Of a stretch of DNA of 64,000 nucleotides, positions 1 through 10,335 are shown piece by piece. The notes under the pieces were generated by a model. It saw nothing but the letters and a program-made list of their open reading frames with translations. It did no database searches and was not told the DNA's origin. A program made the position numbers and the translations under genes. The stretch comes from a candidate division FCPU426 bacterium. GTDB lineage: Bacteria > Oederibacteriota > Muellerivitia > Muellerivitales > Muellerivitaceae. Numbering within the stretch: the first letter of the stretch is position 1; the number at the start of each line of letters is the position of its first letter. The DNA lies in contig CAVTWJ010000018.1 of assembly GCA_963738405.1 (NCBI GenBank), positions 64,001-128,000 on the forward strand, read 5' to 3'.

Positions 1-300
1 CTGTCCCATACCCGCTATGTCATCGACAACAACCGCTGCGTCATGTGCACCCGCTGCGTGCGGGTCTGTGACGAGGTGGAAGGCGCCCATGTGTGGGATG
101 TCATGGGACGCGGGGCCAATTCCCGCATCGTGTCGGGTTTTCACGACCCCTGGGGCGCCTCCGCCGACTGTACCTGGTGCGGCAAGTGCAGCATGGTCTG
201 CCCGGTGGGCGCCATCTGGCCGAAGGAAGCCTCCCAGGGCAACCTTCTGCGGTTTCCCAAATTGGTCTCCGAACTGGTGGAAAAGAGGAATGAGCCATGA
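1..300 (+). CDS. hoxU: Bidirectional hydrogenase diaphorase Fe-S subunit, C-terminal part (5' end outside window)
   Basis: Frame open from base 1: [38 protein letters not shown]...[15 protein letters not shown], two ferredoxin-type Cys clusters; stop overlaps hoxY start. Confidence 0.85.
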   Translation: MSHTRYVIDNNRCVMCTRCVRVCDEVEGAHVWDVMGRGANSRIVSGFHDPWGASADCTWCGKCSMVCPVGAIWPKEASQGNLLRFPKLVSELVEKRNEP

Positions 301-842
301 GCAAAAAAAAGATCGCGACGGTTTGGCTGGGCGGCTGTTCGGGATGCCATATGTCCCTGCTGGACATTGACGAGCGGATTCTGGATGTGGTGAAGCTGGC
401 CGACATCGTGAAGAGCCCGGTGGTGGACGGCAAAGCCTTTCCCCCGGTGGATATCGCCCTGGTGGAAGGGGCCATCTCCAGCGAGGAACACCTGGCGGAA
501 ATAAAACATATCCGCGCGAACGCGAAATTCTTGATCGCCTTCGGCGATTGCGCGGTCACTTCCAACGTTCCCTCTCTACGCAACCTGGTGGGCACCGACG
601 TGGCCCTCCGGCGCGCCTATATCGAGGCCGAAAGCAATGTGCCCGGCAAGATGCCGCCGGGAGACGGCCTGGGGGTTTCCCGTCTGCTCCCCAAGGTGAT
701 GCCGCTGCACCAGGTCGTGAAGGTGGACTATTACCTTCCGGGCTGCCCCCCGGACGCGGACCTGATTTTCGACATCCTCGCCGCCCTCCTAACCGACAAG
801 ACACCCGAGATTACGAACGAAAGGAAGGCCTCCTATGGCTGA
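297..842 (+). CDS. hoxY: [NiFe]-hydrogenase small subunit, group 3d
   Basis: [15 protein letters not shown] and PGCPP motifs; short single-cluster small subunit. Confidence 0.92.
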   Translation: MSKKKIATVWLGGCSGCHMSLLDIDERILDVVKLADIVKSPVVDGKAFPPVDIALVEGAISSEEHLAEIKHIRANAKFLIAFGDCAVTSNVPSLRNLVGTDVALRRAYIEAESNVPGKMPPGDGLGVSRLLPKVMPLHQVVKVDYYLPGCPPDADLIFDILAALLTDKTPEITNERKASYG

Positions 843-2268
843 TCCCAAAATCATCAAAATCAACCCCGTGACCCGCATCGAGGGCCACGCGAAAATATCC
901 CTCTTCCTCGACGACAAAAACGAGGTCAAGGACGCCCAGTTCCACGTGGATGAATTCCGCGGGTTCGAGAAGTTCTGCGAAGGGCGTCTCTATACCGAAA
1001 TGCCGGTTATCACGCCCCGCATCTGCGGCATCTGCCCGGTGTCCCATTCACTCGCCAGCGCCAAGGCCTGCGATTCCATCCAGCGGGTGGCGATCCCCGA
1101 GACGGCGGTCAAACTGCGCCGGGTGATGCAGTTGGGCCAGCAGTTGTCTTCCCACGCGCTTTCTTTCTTTTACCTTTCCGCCCCCGACTTTTTACTGGGA
1201 TGGGATTCGGACCCTGCCCTTCGCAACGTGGTGGGACTGGCCGAAAAATTTCCCGATGTGGCCAAGCGGGGCATCCGCCTCCGCAAATTCGGCCAGGAAA
1301 TTTCCCAGCACCTGACGGGCAAGAAAATTCATACCGACGGGGTGATTGCCGGCGGCATGACGAACCCCATGAAGCCTGAAAGCCGGGAAGCCCTCCTCAA
1401 GTGGATTCCCGAGGCACTGGAAACTTCCCAGATCGGTTTGAAGCTTCTCAAAGACTACATGGCCTCCCATAAAGAAGAGGTGGAAAGCTTCGCGCCTAGC
1501 GACACCCTGCACATGGGAACGGTGGCCCCTGACGGCACCCACGAGCTCTACGACGGCAAACTGCGCTGGGTAGACGCTTCGGGCAAGATCGTGAAAGACC
1601 AGGTCAACCCGGCCGATTACCTCACCTACATCGCCGAGATGCCGGTGGAATTTTCCTATCTCAAATACCCCTACTACAAACCGATGGGCTATCCCCAAGG
1701 CATCTACCGGGTGGGGCCGCTAGCCCGCCTCAACGTGGCTTCCAAGATGAAGACGCCCAAGGCCCAGGTGGAATTCGAGGCCTTCAAGGCGCTGGGCAAG
1801 GGAAGGGCGGTCAACGGAACTTTCTTTTATCACTATGCCCGGCTGATTGAAACCATTTCCACGGTCGAGGAAATCGAGATGCTCTTAACCGATAAGGACA
1901 TCCTCTCCACCGACGTGCATGTCGTGGCTTCACGCAACGCCACCGAAGGGGTCGGCTGCTGCGAGGCCCCCCGGGGAACGCTGTTTCACCACTACAAGGT
2001 GGACGCCGCAGGCGCCCTGCTCAAAGTGAACCTGCTGATTGCCACGGGGCAGAACAATCCCTCCATGAACCGCTCGGTGCTGGAAGTGGCCCGGCAGTAC
2101 GTGAAGGGCGCGGACGTGAAGGAAGGGGCCCTCAACCGGGTCGAGGCGGCCATCCGCTGTTACGATCCCTGCCTGTCCTGCTCGACGCATGCCCTAGGTT
2201 CCATGCCCATGGTCTTGAAGATTCACGACCACCGGGGAAACTTGATTCGGAGCGTGGAGAGGAACTAA
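835..2268 (+). CDS. hoxH: [NiFe]-hydrogenase large subunit, group 3d
   Basis: PVTRIEGH, L1 RICGICPVSH, L2 DPCLSCSTH followed by a cleavable C-terminal tail. Confidence 0.95.
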   Translation: MADPKIIKINPVTRIEGHAKISLFLDDKNEVKDAQFHVDEFRGFEKFCEGRLYTEMPVITPRICGICPVSHSLASAKACDSIQRVAIPETAVKLRRVMQLGQQLSSHALSFFYLSAPDFLLGWDSDPALRNVVGLAEKFPDVAKRGIRLRKFGQEISQHLTGKKIHTDGVIAGGMTNPMKPESREALLKWIPEALETSQIGLKLLKDYMASHKEEVESFAPSDTLHMGTVAPDGTHELYDGKLRWVDASGKIVKDQVNPADYLTYIAEMPVEFSYLKYPYYKPMGYPQGIYRVGPLARLNVASKMKTPKAQVEFEAFKALGKGRAVNGTFFYHYARLIETISTVEEIEMLLTDKDILSTDVHVVASRNATEGVGCCEAPRGTLFHHYKVDAAGALLKVNLLIATGQNNPSMNRSVLEVARQYVKGADVKEGALNRVEAAIRCYDPCLSCSTHALGSMPMVLKIHDHRGNLIRSVERN

Positions 2269-2270
2269 AC

Positions 2271-2717
2271 ATGATGCTGGTCATGGGGTTCGGCAACCCC
2301 ACCCGCGGCGACGACGGCGCGGGATGGGAAGTGGCGCGCAGGCTGGGGTTGCGAGAAATCCCGGCGGTGGAGACCCGTGTGTCCCAGCAGCTCAATGTGG
2401 AATTGATTGAGGAATGGGGCGCCTACGAGAAGGTGCTCTTTATCGACGCCGACCCCCAGGCGGATAGGGTGAGGGTTGAAAGGGTCGTCCCCCAGCCGAA
2501 AGCCTCCGCTTCCACCCACCACCTTGCGCCGGAAGCCCTGCTTCAGTTATCCAAAAGCCTTAAAAACGTTTCGCCTCCGCTTTACCTTTGCCGGGTTCCC
2601 GCGAGCCATTTTAATTTTTCGGAAAGTTTTTCCCCCGAAACCCGCCGGGCCTTGGACGAGGCGGTCGCGGCTTCTTTAGATTGGATTCACCAATTGCCTT
2701 TGGGGGGCCGAAGTTGA
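2271..2717 (+). CDS. hoxW: Hydrogenase maturation endopeptidase
   Basis: GFGNPTRGDDGAG, FIDA and STHH motifs; directly after hoxH. Confidence 0.85.
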   Translation: MMLVMGFGNPTRGDDGAGWEVARRLGLREIPAVETRVSQQLNVELIEEWGAYEKVLFIDADPQADRVRVERVVPQPKASASTHHLAPEALLQLSKSLKNVSPPLYLCRVPASHFNFSESFSPETRRALDEAVAASLDWIHQLPLGGRS

Positions 2718-2732
2718 GCCGGGGAGAACGCC

Positions 2733-5057
2733 ATGAAAAACACCAAAACCACCGAACCCATCCCGCCGCCCCCTTCCCTTTCGCTCGTCAAGGTGAAGAT
2801 CACGGGCGCGGTGCAGGGCGTGGGGTTTCGCCCCTTTGTTTACCGGCTGGCGAAAGAGCATTCGCTTAAAGGTTATGTCCTCAACGGCCCCGCCGGGGTG
2901 GAGGCCGAGGCCGAGGGAACCCCTTCGAACCTTGAACTTTTTCTCAAACGGTTGAGGGATGAGAAGCCCTCCCAAGCGGTCATCGAAGATCTGACAGTCG
3001 AATTTCATTCCCCAAAAAACTACACCTCCTTTGAGATTCGGGAAAGCGGTTTGGCGGGCGCCAAAACCGTGCAGGTGCTTCCCGACCTAGCCCCCTGCCC
3101 CGAATGCCTGGCCGAATTGTTCGATTCCGCCGACCGGCGCTACCGGTACCCCTTCACCAACTGCACCCATTGCGGGCCCCGTTTTTCCATCATCGAAAAA
3201 CTTCCCTACGACCGGCCCCACACCACGATGAAGGCCTTCGCCCTTTGTCCCCAATGCCGCCGCGAGTACGAAGACCCTGCCGACCGGCGTTTCCACGCCC
3301 AGCCCACCGCCTGCCCCCAATGCGGCCCGAAACTGGAAGCCTGGAACCCCCTTTCGGAGGGAGACTCCTCGGGCACGGTATTAAAAGAAAGAGAAGAGGC
3401 CCTTCTCTTGGCGGAAGACGCCCTGCTCAAGGGCCAGATCGTGGCACTGAAAGGCCTGGGCGGATTCCAGCTTTTATGCGACGCGAGAAACGAAAAAGCG
3501 GTGGCGCTTCTTCGAACCCGCAAACGGCGGGAGGCCAAACCCTTCGCGGTGATGTTTCCATCGATTGAGGAAATTAAAAAGGTTTGCCATATCAACGCCG
3601 AGGAAGAAGCGCTCCTCCTTTCTTCCGCCGCGCCCATCGTCTTAGTTCCAAAAGACCGTGTTAGCAAATGGCCCGAATGGGCCGCGCCGGAGAATCCCCA
3701 ATTAGGGGTCATGCTCCCCTCCACTCCTTTACATCACATCTTGATGAGGGATCTAGGGTTCCCCATTGTGGCCACCAGCGGCAACTTATCTGAAGAGCCC
3801 ATTTGTTTTGACGAGAAGGAAGCCCTGGAGCGTTTGAAGGGCCTGGCCGATCTTTTTCTCGTCCACAACCGGCCCATCGCGAGGCCTTTGGATGATTCAG
3901 TGGCTCGGGTCATCGCGGGCAAACCCCAAATTCTCCGCCGGGCCAGGGGCTACGCGCCTATGCCCATTCTCTTAAAAGAAATGGGAGAGACCGTTTTGGC
4001 CTTTGGGGCTTATTTAAAGAACACCGTAGCCCTGGCCAAGGACGACAAGGTTTTCTTGAGCCAGCATTTGGGAGATCTCGGTACCCTGCCTTCGATGGAA
4101 GCTTTCGAGAAGTCGCTATCCGATCTGCCGAAACTTTATGAGGCCGACCCCGGAACGGGGGTAGTGGATCTGCACCCCGACTACCCTTCCACCCGTAAGG
4201 GGGCCGATTCCGGCCTTCCATTGATCCAGGTTCAGCATCACTTGGCGCACCTCTACGCCTGCGCCGCGGAAAACCACGTTACCGGCCGGGCCTTTGGCGC
4301 CGCTTGGGACGGCACAGGCTTAGGGGACGACCAGACCATCTGGGGCGGTGAATTTTTCATACTTGGCGAAAACGACAGGCGGGTGGGGCATCTTCGGCCC
4401 TTTTCACTTCCCGGGGGAGACAAGGCCGCCAAGGAACCCCGGCGTAGCGCTCTAGGGCTTCTTTACGAAATGGGGCGGGAAGATATATTTGAATGGAAGC
4501 ATATCCCCGCCATCGCATCATTTGATGTCACCGAGCTTGCGGTCATGAAGGCCCTTCTCAAAAATTTCGATACCCCCCGCACTTCCAGTATGGGGCGGCT
4601 GTTTGACGCGGTTTCTTCCCTGGCCGGGTTGTGCCAGATAAGCCGGTTCGAGGGCGAGGCGGCCATGGCCCTCGAATTCGCGCTGGATGGCACCGAATCC
4701 AGGGACCGGTATACCTTTCCGCTGTTGCGCGCCAAGGATGGCTTTGTGCTGGATTGGGAACCGATGGTGAGGGAAATTTTGAACGACGTAGAAAACAAAA
4801 TTTCCGCCGGGGTTATTTCCCGCCGGTTTCATAACGCCTTGGTGGAAAGCCTGGTTGATTTCGCCAATATGGAAGCCTGCCCCCAGGTGCTCTTGAGCGG
4901 GGGCTGTTTCCAGAACCGGTATTTGGCCGAAAGGGCCATCCGGCGCCTGAAAGAAGGGGGTTTCACCCCCTATTGGCACCAGCAGGTGCCCCCCAACGAT
5001 GGGGGCTTGGCCTTAGGGCAAGCCGCCTACGCGAGAAAAATTCTCAAGAACAAATGA
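2733..5057 (+). CDS. hypF: Carbamoyltransferase HypF
   Basis: Acylphosphatase-like GAVQGVGFRPF, two CxxC..CxxC zinc fingers, QHHLAH, DGTG, PPNDGGLALGQ. Confidence 0.96.
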   Translation: MKNTKTTEPIPPPPSLSLVKVKITGAVQGVGFRPFVYRLAKEHSLKGYVLNGPAGVEAEAEGTPSNLELFLKRLRDEKPSQAVIEDLTVEFHSPKNYTSFEIRESGLAGAKTVQVLPDLAPCPECLAELFDSADRRYRYPFTNCTHCGPRFSIIEKLPYDRPHTTMKAFALCPQCRREYEDPADRRFHAQPTACPQCGPKLEAWNPLSEGDSSGTVLKEREEALLLAEDALLKGQIVALKGLGGFQLLCDARNEKAVALLRTRKRREAKPFAVMFPSIEEIKKVCHINAEEEALLLSSAAPIVLVPKDRVSKWPEWAAPENPQLGVMLPSTPLHHILMRDLGFPIVATSGNLSEEPICFDEKEALERLKGLADLFLVHNRPIARPLDDSVARVIAGKPQILRRARGYAPMPILLKEMGETVLAFGAYLKNTVALAKDDKVFLSQHLGDLGTLPSMEAFEKSLSDLPKLYEADPGTGVVDLHPDYPSTRKGADSGLPLIQVQHHLAHLYACAAENHVTGRAFGAAWDGTGLGDDQTIWGGEFFILGENDRRVGHLRPFSLPGGDKAAKEPRRSALGLLYEMGREDIFEWKHIPAIASFDVTELAVMKALLKNFDTPRTSSMGRLFDAVSSLAGLCQISRFEGEAAMALEFALDGTESRDRYTFPLLRAKDGFVLDWEPMVREILNDVENKISAGVISRRFHNALVESLVDFANMEACPQVLLSGGCFQNRYLAERAIRRLKEGGFTPYWHQQVPPNDGGLALGQAAYARKILKNK

Positions 5058-5132
5058 CCGCCGTCACGTTGTTTCACTAGTCTTCTTGGATAAGATAGAA
5101 ACCAGCACTGGACAATCGAAAAAAGTCAAAGA

Positions 5133-5357
5133 GTGAAGAATATGACGAGTTTAATGGCAATTGTTTTAGGTTTGGTCGTAATAATTTGTAGTGATGTTTT
5201 TTCTGATATGCGGATTAGTCATCTAAAAGAATCTTTCGGGATTAAGGTGAGTAAAAATTTTGTTCGGTTTATTTTTATTTTTTGGGGAAGTATTTCAATT
5301 GTTTTTGGAATTTTGAGTTGGTTGGGAGTAATACAAGTTAATCAAGGTATTAAATAA
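5133..5357 (+). CDS. Small AT-rich two-helix membrane protein, unknown function
   Basis: 74-aa ORF with two hydrophobic segments; much more AT-rich than flanking hyp genes. Confidence 0.5.
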   Translation: MKNMTSLMAIVLGLVVIICSDVFSDMRISHLKESFGIKVSKNFVRFIFIFWGSISIVFGILSWLGVIQVNQGIK

Positions 5358-5414
5358 AACTGTTTTTGGTAGTTTTCTTACGACAAAGACGAGTTATTGT
5401 TCAAGGAGTCTTCC

Positions 5415-5663
5415 ATGTGTCTGGCGATTCCAGGAAAAATCATGACGGTCACGGGGGATGACCCCCTTTTCCGCACCGCAAAGGTTGATTTTGACGCCGT
5501 GGCCCGTGAAATTTCCTTGTCCTGCCTGCCCGAAGCCAAAGCGGGGGATTACGTGATTGTGCACGTGGGAATGGCCATCAGCCTGTTGGATGAGGAAGAA
5601 GCCAAACAAACCCTGGAGGATTTCGCCCAATTGAAGGCCCTCTCCGCCGAGGGCGCGCCATGA
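5415..5663 (+). CDS. hypC: Hydrogenase assembly chaperone HypC
   Basis: MCLAIPG N-terminus, [18 protein letters not shown] at 5403-5408 supports start 5415. Confidence 0.95.
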   Translation: MCLAIPGKIMTVTGDDPLFRTAKVDFDAVAREISLSCLPEAKAGDYVIVHVGMAISLLDEEEAKQTLEDFAQLKALSAEGAP

Positions 5664-6760
5664 AATATGTGGACGAATTCCGCGACGGCCCGGCCTGTCT
5701 GGCCTTGGCCGAATCCATCAAAAAAATCACCACCAAGCCCTGGGTTATCATGGAAATCTGCGGGGGTCAGACCCATTCCATCGCCCGCTACGGGCTGGAA
5801 GACCTGCTACCTCCCCAAATCTCCCTGGTGCACGGCCCCGGCTGCCCGGTTTGCGTGACGCCGGTGGAGGTGATCGACAAGGCGGTGGAAATCGCCGCCC
5901 GGCCCGATGTGATCTTTTGTTCCTTCGGCGACATGATGCGGGTGCCAGGAACCGGCAAAGACCTGCTCTCGGTTAAGGCCAATGGCGGGCAAGTAAGGCT
6001 AGTCTATTCGCCCCTGGACGCGGTTAAGACCGCCAAGCAAAACCCCGATAAAGAAGTAGTGTTCTTTGCCGTGGGGTTCGAGACCACTGCGCCGGCCAAC
6101 GCCATGGCGGTGGTGCAGGCGAAAGCCTTAGGCCTCAAAAATTTTTCCCTTCTCGCCTCACACGTGTTGGTGCCGCCTGCCATGGAAGCCATCCTCTCCT
6201 CCCCTGAAAACCGCGTGCAGGGCTACCTGGCCGCGGGCCATGTCTGCACCATCATGGGCACGGAGCAATACCCCCCCATCGCCGCAAAATACAGGGTTCC
6301 CATCGTTGTGACCGGTTTTGAGCCCCTGGATATCTTGCAGGGCGTCTATATGTGTGTGAAGCAGTTGGAAGAGGGAAGGCATGATGTAGAAAACCAATAT
6401 GCCCGCTCGGTGAGAAAAGAAGGAAACACCGATGCCCTGAAGGTGATCGCTGAAGTGTTTCATGTGGTGAACAAGAAGTGGCGGGGAATCGGCGAGATCC
6501 CGAAAAGCGGATGGGCTTTGAACGATAAGTATCGAACATTTGACGCGGAAGAAAAGTTTGGCGTAGCCCATGTCACGGCCGAAGAAAGTACCGAATGCAT
6601 TAGCGGCCAGATTTTATTAGGCATCAAGAAACCCGCCCAATGCCCGGCCTTTGGCACCCGCTGTAACCCCGAACATCCTTTGGGCGCCCCTATGGTTTCC
6701 ACCGAGGGCGCCTGCTCGGCCTATTACCGATATCGACGGGCGGAGTCGGTTACGACCTAA
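5660..6760 (+). CDS. hypD: Hydrogenase maturation protein HypD
   Basis: [22 protein letters not shown]-terminal Cys cluster and MVSTEGAC. Confidence 0.96.
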   Translation: MKYVDEFRDGPACLALAESIKKITTKPWVIMEICGGQTHSIARYGLEDLLPPQISLVHGPGCPVCVTPVEVIDKAVEIAARPDVIFCSFGDMMRVPGTGKDLLSVKANGGQVRLVYSPLDAVKTAKQNPDKEVVFFAVGFETTAPANAMAVVQAKALGLKNFSLLASHVLVPPAMEAILSSPENRVQGYLAAGHVCTIMGTEQYPPIAAKYRVPIVVTGFEPLDILQGVYMCVKQLEEGRHDVENQYARSVRKEGNTDALKVIAEVFHVVNKKWRGIGEIPKSGWALNDKYRTFDAEEKFGVAHVTAEESTECISGQILLGIKKPAQCPAFGTRCNPEHPLGAPMVSTEGACSAYYRYRRAESVTT

Positions 6761-6785
6761 TTGGTGCTAAAACACTAATTTTAGG

Positions 6786-6830
6786 TACCATGAAATTCGA
6801 ACGCTCAGTGTTCCTTTTTCATGGTATTAT
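6786..6830 (+). promoter_or_regulatory. Inverted repeat overlapping an extended -10 element upstream of the AAA ATPase gene
   Basis: TACCATGAAA (6786-6795) / TTTCATGGTA (6817-6826); TGgTATTAT 6 nt before ATG 6837. Confidence 0.5.
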
Positions 6831-6836
6831 TTCCCC

Positions 6837-7973
6837 ATGATTTTACGTAAAAATATAAAGAGTCAAATCGCAATTGCTTTGCGTCGCAGCCGAATTGTTG
6901 CCCTTATTGGTCCGCGTCAATGCGGAAAGACGACCTTGGCCCGAGAATGGGCGAAGTCCGATTCTCCCGGTTATTTTGACTTGGAAGATCCAGCCGGTTT
7001 AGCGAGGCTAGAAGACAGCCCGATGGAAGAATTGAAGAAGCTCAAGGGCTTGGTTGTGATTGATGAGATCCAGCGTCGGCCAGACTTGTTTCCTCTTTTA
7101 AGGGTTTTGGCGGATCGTCGGCCGCTTCCTGCTAGGTTTCTTATTTTGGGCAGTTCTTCACCTGAATTGATTCGAAAATCCTCGGAATCGCTTACGGGCC
7201 GCTTGGAAACTGTGGTGATAGGTGGATTTTCTGTGCCCGATGTGGGAATCCGGAATATAGACCGTCTTTGGCTTCGGGGTGGGTTGCCCCCGTCTTATGT
7301 GGCGAGGTCCGAAAATGACAGTCTGGCATGGCGGAAGAATTATGTTCGGATGTTTTTGGAGCGAGATATTCCTCGAATGGGGATCACCGTTCCGGCGGAG
7401 ACCCTAAGACGTTTTTGGACGATGGTGGCGCATTATCATGGCCAGATTTGGAATTCATCCGAACTTGCTTCCGCCATGGGAATTTCCGAACCAACTATCC
7501 GCCGGTACCTAGATCTTTTAGAAGGAATGTTCATGGTGCGTCAGTTGAGGCCCTGGCATGAAAACCTCAAAAAACGGCAGGTTAAAGCTCCCAAGGTTTA
7601 TTTACGAGATACGGGGCTATTGCACCAGCTCTTGGGAATCCGAACCGGACATGATCTTTTTTCACATCCCAAGTCGGGAGCCTCTTGGGAGGGTTTTGTA
7701 ATAGAGGAAACTTTAAAAAAACTGAACCCCGAAGAAGGATATTTTTGGGCTACCCATAATGGTGCGGAATTGGATTTGTTTTGTCTTTCCAAGGGGCGAC
7801 GCATTGGGATCGAATGTAAACGAACTGATGCTCCTCGGTTGACCCTATCCATGCGGATTGCGATGAAAGATTTAAAGTTAGACCGATTATTCGTCATCTA
7901 TCCAGGGCAAAAGAAATATACCCTGGCACCCAAAATTGAAGCTTTGCCCATTGCCCAATGGCTTTTGGAATAA
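6837..7973 (+). CDS. AAA_14 / DUF4143-type ATPase
   Basis: GPRQCGKTT Walker A, IDEIQ Walker B, RGGLP, KAPKVYLRDTG, C-terminal AELD..IECK. Confidence 0.85.
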   Translation: MILRKNIKSQIAIALRRSRIVALIGPRQCGKTTLAREWAKSDSPGYFDLEDPAGLARLEDSPMEELKKLKGLVVIDEIQRRPDLFPLLRVLADRRPLPARFLILGSSSPELIRKSSESLTGRLETVVIGGFSVPDVGIRNIDRLWLRGGLPPSYVARSENDSLAWRKNYVRMFLERDIPRMGITVPAETLRRFWTMVAHYHGQIWNSSELASAMGISEPTIRRYLDLLEGMFMVRQLRPWHENLKKRQVKAPKVYLRDTGLLHQLLGIRTGHDLFSHPKSGASWEGFVIEETLKKLNPEEGYFWATHNGAELDLFCLSKGRRIGIECKRTDAPRLTLSMRIAMKDLKLDRLFVIYPGQKKYTLAPKIEALPIAQWLLE

Positions 7974-7992
7974 TTTTTATTGTGTTACCTAA

Positions 7993-8520
7993 TTAAATTA
8001 ATTGTATCTGGCGCAGATTCTTCCTTGGGTGAAGCTTATTCTCCAATTCCTGAATCTTTTCTGGAGTTAAAACATTTGGATATCGGCAAGTTGGATTGAC
8101 AAACTCATCATCATCTTTGCACCACAACCAATCCGTTTCTTTAGGTCCGACCCATTTTAAGTTAAACCTACCGCGTAGTCGTCCGCCTTTCAAATAAATA
8201 CGTAAATTTCCTTTATAAAACTGAGTAAAGACATTCGAATTACTTAAAAGACAGTAAAGTCCATAATCCCAGTTCGCGATAAATCCAGCTCCTGGATTAC
8301 CGGGAAGAATTTTTCTTTCCACAAGAAGGTAATCGTAATTATGTTCCCCAACCTTGATAGCTTTTACGGGTTTGGAGGGATCCAAATGGGGCGAACTAAC
8401 AAGAACCCACGATAAAAGTAATTTCCCGCCGACGTGCAGCCTTAAATCCCAATGAAGACGTGAAGCCAAATGCTCCTTAATTGCGAATTGACGATCTCCA
8501 AACCTTAGTGATTTAGACAT
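7993..8520 (-). CDS. Stand-alone LigD-type 3'-phosphoesterase domain protein
   Basis: EHLASRLHWDLRL..SW, HxxxY and WDxG motifs typical of the LigD PE domain. Confidence 0.75.
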   Translation of the reverse strand: MSKSLRFGDRQFAIKEHLASRLHWDLRLHVGGKLLLSWVLVSSPHLDPSKPVKAIKVGEHNYDYLLVERKILPGNPGAGFIANWDYGLYCLLSNSNVFTQFYKGNLRIYLKGGRLRGRFNLKWVGPKETDWLWCKDDDEFVNPTCRYPNVLTPEKIQELENKLHPRKNLRQIQLI

Positions 8521-8617
8521 AATTGCCCCCTTTTCTGAAGGAATCTTTAAAATTTAAGTCATCCTTTTAGCGCTTCTTAATTTGGGAGAGTTTTAGGGCG
8601 TTAAATCAAGGAGTGAA

Positions 8618-8653
8618 AACCCAAAAGGAATACACTTGTATTCATTTTGGGTT
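8618..8653. repeat. 36-bp imperfect palindrome in AT-rich intergenic region
   Basis: AACCCAAAA-G-GAATACA-CT-TGTATTC-A-TTTTGGGTT. Confidence 0.55.
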
Positions 8654-8840
8654 GAAAAAAACAAGAATGTTTTTGAAAAAAATAGGTCGAACGATTAATC
8701 GGTAGAAAATAAAAGGAAGATGCAAAGAAGGAAATTACTGAAAAGTAATCTTAATCAAATTCATTGAAACCTTTTAAGTTTGCAAAAAGAATCGTCAAAA
8801 ATTACAACAGTCTAAACTTTGTTTGTTATGACATCAGAGA

Positions 8841-9368
8841 CTAAACCCTTCGAAACCGGGGAGGGGGCGTGGGGATGAAGGGATGGTTCAGTATGAAATG
8901 CACCGTTTCCCCTACCTTGCGGGTCGAGATACCCCACGCGCGGGTGTAGGTTCCCTCCTTGTCGGTTCTGGTGAAATAGGCCGGTACATTCTCGATGGGT
9001 TCTCCGGTGCTCAGGGTTTGTTTAACCGAGCCGCGGATGGAACATTGGGGGCATTCGGGGCTTTGGCCGCAGCCTTGGGCGGAATTGTGGCAGGAAAGAA
9101 AATCACCGCTTTTGAGCCCATAGGGGCGGTTTCCGGTAGGGTCGGTTAACTGGCGGCCCGAGCGGTTGCAGGCGACGACGCAAAGGTCTTTGTTAAAAAC
9201 CAGGCGGGGTTTTTCAAACTGATCCAGGGTTTCGCTGAGGGAGACGCCCCCATATTCGGCGATAAATTCATCGCCGCAGGCGGGGCAGAGGACGGGGCCA
9301 AGATCGGGATCGGTGTGGTTTTCGTGGGTTCCAACTAACTTATGGCAGTTCGAGCAGAGCACGTTCAT
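8841..9368 (-). CDS. Cys-rich PAS-like domain protein
   Basis: N-terminal CxxC...CPAC; PAS-like VVACNRSG..; GDFLSCHN..GCG..CxxC motif. Confidence 0.6.
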   Translation of the reverse strand: MNVLCSNCHKLVGTHENHTDPDLGPVLCPACGDEFIAEYGGVSLSETLDQFEKPRLVFNKDLCVVACNRSGRQLTDPTGNRPYGLKSGDFLSCHNSAQGCGQSPECPQCSIRGSVKQTLSTGEPIENVPAYFTRTDKEGTYTRAWGISTRKVGETVHFILNHPFIPTPPPRFRRV

Positions 9369-9482
9369 AGGGGACTCCCTTTAACTTCAGAATCTCCCCT
9401 AGTGCTCCCCTATGCTTCTATTATCCCCCGATTTGAAATAAATGGCATAAAAGACAATCCTGCCAAATTTGAGAAAAATGGA

Positions 9483-10157
9483 CTATTTGGGAATTTTTGG
9501 AAATTCCAGGTTGCTGGTCTGAAGGGCGCCCAAAAACCCAAACCATTTATCCATGCCCTCGCCGGTCTTGCAGGAAGTGGAAAAAAATCTCACTTGTGGG
9601 TTCAGCTTCAGGCAATCCTTTTGGGCCCGTTCGACATTGAAGTTCACATAGGGCAAAAGATCCACCTTGGTTAACACAATCGCGCCCGCGCGCAAAAAAA
9701 GCGCCGGGTATTTCATGGGCTTCTCATCGCCTTCGGCCACGCTTAACAGGGCCACCTTGATGTTTTCGCCCAGGTCGTAGGTGGAGGGGCAAACCAGGTT
9801 GCCGATATTTTCAATCACCAGCAATTTCACCTTCTCCAAATTCAAATCCCCCAACCGGTCCCGCACCATGGCGGCGGTCAAGTGGCAGGTGCCGTGGGTT
9901 TCAATCTGAACAGCCTGGCTTCCGGCGGCCTTGATGCGGTCGGCGTCGTAAGTCATTTGGATATCGCCGGTGATGACAGCCATTTCAGGTCCGTACCGCT
10001 TGGCCATAACCTCCAATAAAAAGGTCTTACCCGAACCCGCCGAACTGACCAGGTTCAAGACCGTCAGGCCCTTTTGCGCGAAGTATTCACGGTTTTCACC
10101 CGCAATCTGGTTGTTCAGGCTTTGCGCGGATGTTTTGACTTCAATTTTTTCACTCAT
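9483..10157 (-). CDS. hypB: Nickel-insertion GTPase HypB
   Basis: SSAGSGKT, GTCHL, ENIGNLVCP, EGDEKPMKYP, TKVDL; RBS GAGGTG before ATG 10157. Confidence 0.95.
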   Translation of the reverse strand: MSEKIEVKTSAQSLNNQIAGENREYFAQKGLTVLNLVSSAGSGKTFLLEVMAKRYGPEMAVITGDIQMTYDADRIKAAGSQAVQIETHGTCHLTAAMVRDRLGDLNLEKVKLLVIENIGNLVCPSTYDLGENIKVALLSVAEGDEKPMKYPALFLRAGAIVLTKVDLLPYVNFNVERAQKDCLKLNPQVRFFSTSCKTGEGMDKWFGFLGALQTSNLEFPKIPK

Positions 10158-10175
10158 GAAACACCTCACACCTCA

Positions 10176-10321
10176 ATTTTCACCACCAAGACACCAAGGC
10201 ACCAAGAAAATCAAAAGGCAAGTTTGGGAAAATCTTTTAAAAGTGGGTACTTAAAAACGGCTTTTTGGTTTTGCTGTACCCAAAAAATCGATTCTTACTT
10301 GGTCTTCCTTGGTGGTAAATC
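10176..10321 (-). repeat. Miniature inverted-repeat element, copy 1 (CCACCAAG/CTTGGTGG arms)
   Basis: 10176-10210 is the exact reverse complement of 13687-13721; degenerate opposite arm at about 10298-10321. Confidence 0.8.
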
Positions 10322-10335
10322 CTCTTTTCTTTGGC

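Noticed and set aside
2150..2200. NiFeSe hydrogenase or selenocysteine recoding
   Set aside because: The L2 motif is DPCLSC with ordinary Cys codons; no in-frame TGA
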